64,000 nt of DNA, from contig JBDHAB010000001.1 in assembly GCA_039588295.1 (NCBI GenBank), forward strand, positions 192,001-256,000, given 5' to 3'. The notes beneath the pieces were generated by a model. That model was not told where the DNA came from. It did not search any database and worked only from the letters and a program-made list of their open reading frames with translations. Position numbers and translations under genes: made by a program. Of the stretch, positions 57,447 to 64,000 are shown one piece after another. Source of the stretch: Gemmatimonadota bacterium. GTDB taxonomy: Bacteria > Gemmatimonadota > Gemmatimonadetes > Gemmatimonadales > GWC2-71-9. Numbering within the stretch: the first letter of the stretch is position 1; each line of letters begins with the position of its first letter.

Positions 57447-60362
57447 ATGACGGACCTGCTGGACCGCCTCAAGACTGCCCTCGCCGACCGCTACGCCATC
57501 GAGCGCGAGTTGGGTCGTGGGGGGATGGCCGTCGTCTACCTCGCCAACGACAGCAAGCTCGGTCGCCCCGTCGCCCTCAAGGTGCTCCGTCCCGAGTTCG
57601 CTGCCTCACTCGGCGCCGAGCGGTTCCTCCGCGAGATCGAGATCGCGGCGAAGCTCACCCATCCCAACATCCTGGCACTCCACGACTGCGGTGAGGCCGA
57701 GGGCCAGTTGTACTACACAATGCCGTTCGTGGAGGGTGAGTCTCTCCGTGATCGGCTGAACCGCGAGAAGCAGCTTCCCATTGACGACGCGCTCCAGATC
57801 ACCAAGGAGGTGGCCGACGCGCTCGGCTATGCCCATTCGCTTGGCATCGTGCACCGCGACATCAAGCCCGAGAACATCCTGTTCACCGCAGGCCATGCGG
57901 TGGTGAGTGACTTTGGCATTGCGCGAGCGGTGACGGAGGCGGCAGGAGAGACGCTCACTGAGACTGGCCTCGCGGTTGGCACCCCGGCGTACATGAGTCC
58001 TGAGCAGGCGGCGGGCTCGAAGGGTATCGATGCGCGGACGGACATCTACTCGCTCGGCTGCGTGTTGTACGAGATGTTCGTGGGGGAGCCACCGTACACT
58101 GGCCCCAGTGCCCAGGTGATTCTCGCGCGCAAGTCGGTCGAAGCGGTGCCGAGCCTCAGCGTCGCACGGGAGACCGTTCCCGACCAAGTCGAACACGCGG
58201 TCACTAAGGCGCTGGCCAAGGTTCCAGCAGACCGATTCGCAACGGCCGCACAGTTCTCTGATGCGTTACACGGAGTATCGCTCGCACCTGCGCCGCCGCG
58301 TCGGCGAAGAATCACGGTAGCTGTGGTCACTACTCTCTTCATCGCGGCGGCAGCAGTCCTTTCGCTCCTCGCTGTCAAGCGCGAGAGGTCTGCCGATCTG
58401 GATCCCAATGCCATTGCGGTGCTGCCGTTCAGGGTCGTGGGCGGCAGCCCCGCTGTCGGTGCACTCGCAGGGGCGATACCGGAGTTGTTCCACACGCAGG
58501 TCACTGGTGAGTTCGGGCCGTGTGCCAGCTACCCGCCGACAGTCATTCATGCCTGGCAGCGCGCCGGCGGCGGGCTCGGCGAGCCACTGGAAGCCGTTGC
58601 GGAACTCGAGCTGGCGCGAGCCGTGGGTGCCGGGCTCCTGGTCAGCGGTTCGGTCATCGGGACGGACACGAGCATCATCATCACGGCCACGATGCGCAAT
58701 GTCGCGAGCGGTGATATCCGTGTGCCCCCGACGAAGGTCGAGGGTCAGTACGAGCGGCGGTTTGCACTGGTCGACCAGCTCGTCGTACAGCTCCTGTCCA
58801 GGGACTTCGGCGAGGCGACCGAGCACCTCCAGGAGTTTGCGCGCCACCCATCCGAGGCTGTCCAGGCCTACTTGGCCGGGCGAAAACACTGGCAGGATTT
58901 CGACTGGGTAGCGGCGGAGGCGAAATTCGGTGAAGCGCTCCGGTATGACTCGACGTTCGTGCTAGCCGCGCTCTACAAGTTCGCTGCGACGGAGTCGGAC
59001 ACCGCGGCTGCACGGCTCGCGTGGGAGGGGCAAGACCGGTTGACCCCCACCGACCGAGTGTATCTGCACGCGATCGCCGGTCGCCTCTTCGGCGTCACAC
59101 GGACAAGGCGAGAGGAGATTGCTGGGCTCGAAGAGGCAGTGCGCCTCGGGCCCAACAGAACTGACCTGCTGACCGCGCTAGGAGTCCGGTACGCGAATCT
59201 TGGGACGTTTGTGGTGCCCGATTGGATCGGCCGTGCCCGGCATGCTCTGGAGCGTGCCGTTGCGCAGGACTCGGCGAACGCGTTGGCACTGCTGCTACTG
59301 CTGGAGCTAGCGGTCTTCGAAAGGGACACCGCACGGGTGGGTCGTCTGGCAGATGTCTATTGGGACATTGGTGCGGGGACGAAGTGGGAGCCCTACGCGC
59401 GCTGGTTAGTCGCGGAAGCCCTCGGCGACACGGCTGAGGCCCGCCGTCGCTGGGCGCGACTGGGACCAAGAGGAGTGTACAACTACATGTTGGCCTCGTC
59501 CTCCTTTGGCCTGGGTGTCGACCGCCTAGCACGCCAGCACCTTGCGGTAACCTACGTGGGATCCATGATGGAATTCAGGGGGAAAACGCTGTGGGCCCGT
59601 TATCGGGGGTGGTACGACGAATGGCGCACGTATCGCGAGTCCTACTTCAACGCCAGCGCACCCGTGACGGCGGCAGCGTTCCGCATCCGCGATGCGCTGT
59701 TCTTCGGGGAGTGGAACGAGGCAGTTCCCGCTGCCGTGCGTGTCTTCACAATCATCGCCGACGGCGATTCCAGTCCGCCACCCCCGTCCCACGTGAGCGG
59801 AGTCGCTCACTGCTGGAGCGCACTGTGGCGGCTCGATCGAGGTGATACCGACGCTGCGCATGCTGCCATTGGGTACCTGCGCCACGAAGCTCGCTTCCCG
59901 GAACGCTACACGGTCTGTGCCGCGCTGCTCGACGCGCTCCTCGCCAGGGCCGAGGGGCGGGATCCACAGGCTGCTGTCTTGCGCCTGGACTCGCTGGCTC
60001 GGGAGGGACCGCAGGATCTCTATCTCGGCTGGTGGTTGACGGAGCATGACCACATGTCAGGGCTCAGAAACCTGCTCGACGTTCGGCTGCTCCTGGAGAT
60101 CGGCGATACTACACGGGCGCTGGAGGCAACTCGTCGCGGGCAAGGAGGCGGTGCGTGGCGGTCCGTTTGGACTGAAGGCTACCTGCTGGATCTGCTGCGG
60201 GAAGAGGGCCGGCTGGCAGCGGCTGTGGGCGACACCGCCGCCGCGACGCGCGCGTACCAGCACTACCTCACATTACGCGAGGATCCCGATCCGCCCTGGC
60301 GGGAGGAATGGCAGCAGGTGCGGGCCGAGGTGGCGGCGCTGGTCGGCGAGCCGCGACGCTGA
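57447..60362 (+). CDS. Ser/Thr protein kinase with TM, TolB_N-like and TPR-like domains
   Basis: GRGGMA, VALK, HRDIKPEN, DFG and GTPAYMSPEQ; IAVLPF motif; helical repeats. Confidence 0.94.
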   Translation: MTDLLDRLKTALADRYAIERELGRGGMAVVYLANDSKLGRPVALKVLRPEFAASLGAERFLREIEIAAKLTHPNILALHDCGEAEGQLYYTMPFVEGESLRDRLNREKQLPIDDALQITKEVADALGYAHSLGIVHRDIKPENILFTAGHAVVSDFGIARAVTEAAGETLTETGLAVGTPAYMSPEQAAGSKGIDARTDIYSLGCVLYEMFVGEPPYTGPSAQVILARKSVEAVPSLSVARETVPDQVEHAVTKALAKVPADRFATAAQFSDALHGVSLAPAPPRRRRITVAVVTTLFIAAAAVLSLLAVKRERSADLDPNAIAVLPFRVVGGSPAVGALAGAIPELFHTQVTGEFGPCASYPPTVIHAWQRAGGGLGEPLEAVAELELARAVGAGLLVSGSVIGTDTSIIITATMRNVASGDIRVPPTKVEGQYERRFALVDQLVVQLLSRDFGEATEHLQEFARHPSEAVQAYLAGRKHWQDFDWVAAEAKFGEALRYDSTFVLAALYKFAATESDTAAARLAWEGQDRLTPTDRVYLHAIAGRLFGVTRTRREEIAGLEEAVRLGPNRTDLLTALGVRYANLGTFVVPDWIGRARHALERAVAQDSANALALLLLLELAVFERDTARVGRLADVYWDIGAGTKWEPYARWLVAEALGDTAEARRRWARLGPRGVYNYMLASSSFGLGVDRLARQHLAVTYVGSMMEFRGKTLWARYRGWYDEWRTYRESYFNASAPVTAAAFRIRDALFFGEWNEAVPAAVRVFTIIADGDSSPPPPSHVSGVAHCWSALWRLDRGDTDAAHAAIGYLRHEARFPERYTVCAALLDALLARAEGRDPQAAVLRLDSLAREGPQDLYLGWWLTEHDHMSGLRNLLDVRLLLEIGDTTRALEATRRGQGGGAWRSVWTEGYLLDLLREEGRLAAAVGDTAAATRAYQHYLTLREDPDPPWREEWQQVRAEVAALVGEPRR

Positions 60363-60510
60363 CGCCCCGCGCCTGGGAAGCTCCTTGGGAAGGTTTTGCC
60401 GCAAACGGACGCAAAGAGATGCAACGATATACAAAGGGTCGGTCGCGTAACCGCCTGAGACGGATACTAGACGCAAACGACAACAACTAGACGCAAAGAC
60501 TCGGCGAGAA

Positions 60511-60554
60511 CTGCAAAACCTCCATTCGGCGGTTCGAGTCCGCCCGGTGCCTCT
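60511..60554 (+). repeat. Copy 1 of the tRNA-Cys 3' half (att-like)
   Basis: 43/44 identical to 57347-57390, beginning at the anticodon loop. Confidence 0.93.
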
Positions 60555-60557
60555 CGG

Positions 60558-60585
60558 AAACGGGCCCGCAGTCGCGGGCCCGTTT
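60558..60585. terminator. Terminator-like hairpin after tRNA-Cys copy 1
   Basis: AAACGGGCCCGC-AGTC-GCGGGCCCGTTT, perfect 12-bp stem. Confidence 0.7.
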
Positions 60586-60645
60586 GCCTGCGCCACCGGG
60601 CTGCTTCGGTCCTCGCCACTCCTCTGGCGACTCGTGGCATTCGGA

Positions 60646-60667
60646 TCGAGTCCGCCCGGCGCCTCTG
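60646..60667 (+). repeat. Copy 2 of the tRNA-Cys 3' end (att-like)
   Basis: 22/22 identical to 57370-57391; CATTCGG also shared just upstream. Confidence 0.85.
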
Positions 60668-60705
60668 AGGTAAGGCCCTGCAATGCGGGGCCTCAGTGGT
60701 TTCGG

Positions 60706-60754
60706 CGCTTGTCGGTAGGCAGTTGTCAGTTCTTAGTCTTCAGTCTTCAGCAAG
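60706..60754 (+). repeat. Degenerate 7-nt tandem repeat
   Basis: CGCTTGT CGGTAGG CAGTTGT CAGTTCT TAGTCTT CAGTCTT CAGCAAG. Confidence 0.6.
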
Positions 60755-60804
60755 CCGTTAGCTATCGGCCTCTTACCGCTTCTCCCTCCACCGCCCCACC
60801 GCTG

Positions 60805-63465
60805 TCAATTGTCAGTCACCGACCGCCGCCGGACTTCGTCGGTCCAGTTGAGTACGAGCACCATCTCCGACAGGCGTCCTTGATGAACCATTACAAACCG
60901 GCCGTCCGGCCCCACATCATAGTTGGCATGTGGGTCAGCCGGCTCGTACTCGCTGGCATCGAACAGCGCCTGGCGAGAGAGAACGCGGAACTCAGGGTCC
61001 GTTGCAACACTGAGGGCCACGAGCTGGGAGCCTCGCTGCTCGAATCCTACGTAGTACAACTCACGCCCGTCCCGCGACCATACGGCCTCGCGACCACCGT
61101 TTTGCGAGACAAGCACCTTTGCGCCCGGGCCGGGATAGGGACGCACATAGACCTCGTTCTGGCCGGATTCGTCGGACGTGTAGGCAAGCCATTGCCCATT
61201 CGGAGAAAGGGCAGGCCATCCCTCATTGAAAGGCGTGGCGAGAAGCGCCTCGGGTTCCGGAGCTCCCAGGTTGAGTATTGTACCGATATCCCAACTCCCG
61301 TCCGTCCCTAGAGGGATCGTGAGCACCCGGTTACCGTCGGGCGTGAATGTACCCGCAGTCGTAGGTGCGTCACCCACGAATAACCGCTCGGCAACGCCAG
61401 AACCGTCAGCGTTCTGAAGAAAGACACCGACCACTCCGTTGGGGGCAGAGGCATACGCGACTCTCCGACCATCAGGCGTCCATACCGGATCGTGCCCATC
61501 GTTAGCAAAGGTGAGACGCGTGAGCGTGTTCTGCCGGAGATCCAGCGTCCACACATCACGGCTTCCTTGATAGCTGAAGTCGACCGCGATGTAGCGTCCG
61601 TCCGGTGATAGGCGCGGACTGTGAAATCGGCGCCGAAGATCCGAGACGACTGCCCGGGTGCCCTGACGATCAACCAACGCGAGACTGAACGGCGACTCGG
61701 GGACATACACGAGCGACCCGGTCTCCGAGACGGAAAGGTGTGCCGGACCGCCGACCGAGATCCGCACATCTTGCGCGAGTGTCACCGGCGATCCCGTGAT
61801 CGCCAATTGGCCGACGTCAAACGCCGCAGCAATCAACGCCCCGTCAGGTTGCGCCCACAAGAGGTAGCCGTCGTCGTATGCCATAGCGTTGATCGCCGAC
61901 TCAATGAGGACCGTCCGCTTACCAGACTCCGTGTCGATAGCGATCCCGTGCCCGTTCGTGGAACCCTGCGTCGCCGCGGTGAGCAGCACGGTCCTCCCGT
62001 CCGGCAAGATGTCCGACACGTACAACGCGGTCTCTCCCCGTGTCGAGTCCGGCTCGGCAACGACCGACAAGGAGCCGTCCACACCGAGACGCCGCAGCAC
62101 CCCATCCCCAGTAACAGTCAGCAACGATCCATCGTCGAGCCAGAGCGATGACGGAAAGCCTGAGAAGGGCGCATTCTGTACGGTCACCGGTGCGCCGCCC
62201 GTTACCGCGACCTTCTTCAGTGCGTTCCCCGAGTAGAATGCCACCCATCGGCCGTCGGGCGTGAAGAACGGACTGATCGCCCCCTCGGTGCCAGGCATCG
62301 GTGTCGGTGTCAGTTCGTCCAGACGGCGGAGGTAGAGCTGCGTGCCCCCAGTGCTCACGCCCACGTAGGCGACCGCGTCGCCTTGAGGCGAGAGCGTCAG
62401 CACCCGATACGGAACACCGGGCAGCCGATGCGTGCTGTCTGTCGCGATCGTGAACCGACCTACCAGATTTGTGTCGGACTGTGCTCGGCTCATCACGCGA
62501 CCCGCCACAAGCCCGACGGCAAGCGTGAGACCTGCGAAGGTCCACGGGATCCATCGACTCGTCGCGGATGGAGCGGCGCTCGCAACGCGAGGGGTCACCG
62601 TGGGTGTCGCACCCTCGGAACCGATGCTGAAGCCCGGGTCTTTGAGCGCCGTTGCGAACTCGGCTGCACTGGCGAACCGATCGGCTGGCAACTTGTTAAG
62701 CGCCTTCCCAATGGCCGCCGCCACGTGCGATGGTACCGTGTCGCGCGAGGCCGTCACCGGCGGCGCCTTCTCCGTGATCACCTTTGCCACAATCGCCTGC
62801 GCCGTGCTCCCCGTGTACGGCGGATCGCCTGTCAGCATCTCATAGAGCATGGCGCCGAGACTGTAGACATCGCTGCGTGCATCCAGCTCCCGATCCCCCA
62901 TCGCTTGCTCGGGACTCATGTAGTGCGGTGTCCCAATCGACAGCCCCGTCTCGGTCAACCGCGCCCCGCCCGCATGACTCACGGCCAACGCAATGCCAAA
63001 GTCCGCCACCAACGCCTGCCCATCATGGAGCAGGATGTTCGCCGGCTTGATATCGCGATGAATCACATCGTGGCGATGCGCGTAATCGAGCGCCGCCGCC
63101 ACCGAGCGCGTGAGCTCCACTGCCTCCTCGATCCCGAACTGCTTCTCCCGATCCAGCTTATCCCGCAGGGTGTCGCCCTCGACATACGGCATCACATAGT
63201 AGAGAAACGTCTCCGCTTCCCCACTGTCGTAGAGCGGCAGGATGTTCGGATGCTGCAGATTGGCCGTGACCTTGATCTCGGCCAAGAACCGCTCGGCCCC
63301 AATGACCGCGGCCAGCTCGGGCTTCAAGACCTTGAGGGCCACTTTCCGATCGTGCTTCAGATCGTGGGCGAGAAAGACGGTGGCCATGCCGCCTTCGCCA
63401 AGCTCGCGCTCGATCGCGTAGCGGTCGGCGAGGGCGGTTTTGAGTTGGGAGGTGAGTTCGGGCAT
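60805..63465 (-). CDS. Ser/Thr protein kinase with TM and PD40/TolB-like beta-propeller
   Basis: GEGGMA, HRDIKPAN, DFG and GTPHYMSPEQ; repeated SPDG/TPDG blades. Confidence 0.95.
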   Translation of the reverse strand: MPELTSQLKTALADRYAIERELGEGGMATVFLAHDLKHDRKVALKVLKPELAAVIGAERFLAEIKVTANLQHPNILPLYDSGEAETFLYYVMPYVEGDTLRDKLDREKQFGIEEAVELTRSVAAALDYAHRHDVIHRDIKPANILLHDGQALVADFGIALAVSHAGGARLTETGLSIGTPHYMSPEQAMGDRELDARSDVYSLGAMLYEMLTGDPPYTGSTAQAIVAKVITEKAPPVTASRDTVPSHVAAAIGKALNKLPADRFASAAEFATALKDPGFSIGSEGATPTVTPRVASAAPSATSRWIPWTFAGLTLAVGLVAGRVMSRAQSDTNLVGRFTIATDSTHRLPGVPYRVLTLSPQGDAVAYVGVSTGGTQLYLRRLDELTPTPMPGTEGAISPFFTPDGRWVAFYSGNALKKVAVTGGAPVTVQNAPFSGFPSSLWLDDGSLLTVTGDGVLRRLGVDGSLSVVAEPDSTRGETALYVSDILPDGRTVLLTAATQGSTNGHGIAIDTESGKRTVLIESAINAMAYDDGYLLWAQPDGALIAAAFDVGQLAITGSPVTLAQDVRISVGGPAHLSVSETGSLVYVPESPFSLALVDRQGTRAVVSDLRRRFHSPRLSPDGRYIAVDFSYQGSRDVWTLDLRQNTLTRLTFANDGHDPVWTPDGRRVAYASAPNGVVGVFLQNADGSGVAERLFVGDAPTTAGTFTPDGNRVLTIPLGTDGSWDIGTILNLGAPEPEALLATPFNEGWPALSPNGQWLAYTSDESGQNEVYVRPYPGPGAKVLVSQNGGREAVWSRDGRELYYVGFEQRGSQLVALSVATDPEFRVLSRQALFDASEYEPADPHANYDVGPDGRFVMVHQGRLSEMVLVLNWTDEVRRRSVTDN

Positions 63466-63466
63466 C

Positions 63467-63501
63467 CAGTCGTCGGTCGTTAGTTGTCGGTTGTCGGTTG
63501 T
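63467..63501 (+). repeat. 7-nt tandem repeat (5 units)
   Basis: CAGTCGT CGGTCGT TAGTTGT CGGTTGT CGGTTGT. Confidence 0.75.
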
Positions 63502-63803
63502 CGTACGCCCTGCGTCTTGCCCTTTATCCCTTGCAAGTCACCACTGCGCACTCCGTGCACACACCCCAGGCGCCACCACACATGATGACGGAAGGCGGGG
63601 ACCCCCGACGCTCGCAGTGGATCGGAACCGGCTTTGGCCGAGGACATCTCGGCGCGCGAGATCCCTTGGCAAAACCGGGCGGCTACCGTATCGGGAATAA
63701 CCGACCAAAGCTATAGGCTTTCCGTCTTCTCGGCCAGGGAACCACCATCCCGTGAACAAGTAAACCCCGTTAAGCAATTCGCCCCCAAGTACAGTTGAAC
63801 CGC

Positions 63804-64000
63804 TCATGCGTCCGGCGAGCGGTCGGCGGCTTGATGACCCCCGGGTTTCTCTCGCGCCTCGAGGACGGCCTGCGCGGTCAGGAACTCACGCAGGTGCGTG
63901 ACTGCATCGTCCAGATCCGGAACAGGCTCAGGAATGTGGCGTTCGAGGGATGCTAGGGTGGGAAGACCGGCGAGCCGCATCTGATCGACTTCGACGGCCA
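63804..64000 (-). CDS. 3' end of an unidentified CDS (truncated by window edge)
   Basis: Open frame ...AVEVDQMRLAGLPTLASLERHIPEPVPDLDDAVTHLREFLTAQAV...DA*. Confidence 0.55.
   Translation of the reverse strand, partial: AVEVDQMRLAGLPTLASLERHIPEPVPDLDDAVTHLREFLTAQAVLEAREKPGGHQAADRSPDA

Noticed and set aside
60466..60497. CRISPR-like repeats
   Set aside because: Two 12-nt units with an 8-nt spacer and no cas genes; better explained as att arm-like sites.
60511..60667. Additional functional tRNA-Cys genes
   Set aside because: Only 3' parts are present; the acceptor 5' strand and D-arm are missing.
63668..63725. Cyclic di-GMP-I riboswitch-like fragments (GGCAAAACC...CAAAGCTATAGG)
   Set aside because: P1/P2 pairing and the GNRA tetraloop cannot be built, and there is no same-strand downstream gene.

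Overview
High-GC bacterial chromosomal window. The lineage is most consistent with Gemmatimonadota, inferred from the gene repertoire (GWxTD protein, expanded Hanks kinases) and not tested. It starts in the usually origin-proximal rpmH-rnpA-yidD-yidC-mnmE cluster and continues through mostly housekeeping and envelope genes: ddl, queD, cystathionine beta-synthase, mutS, holA, an ECF sigma/anti-sigma pair, cbiMQO, P5C dehydrogenase, lepB, rtcB plus archease, a YhaM-like nuclease, htpX/lemA, SRAP and a YtrA-type ABC operon. It has two tRNA genes (Phe, Cys) and three Ser/Thr kinases. Main unexplained features: (1) a stand-alone ~430-nt intergenic element (35568-35997) with its own promoter, back-to-back helices, a predicted kissing loop and an intrinsic terminator, which matches no RNA family I recognise and converges on an rtcB-archease-YhaM-like RNA-processing cluster; (2) integrase-less islets at both tRNAs, bounded by duplicated tRNA 3' halves with arm-like direct repeats, one carrying a single receptor-like kinase; (3) a Cyc2-like cytochrome-porin fusion downstream of a CX4CH lipoprotein cytochrome. 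Everything was read by eye; no database searches or folding programs were run.
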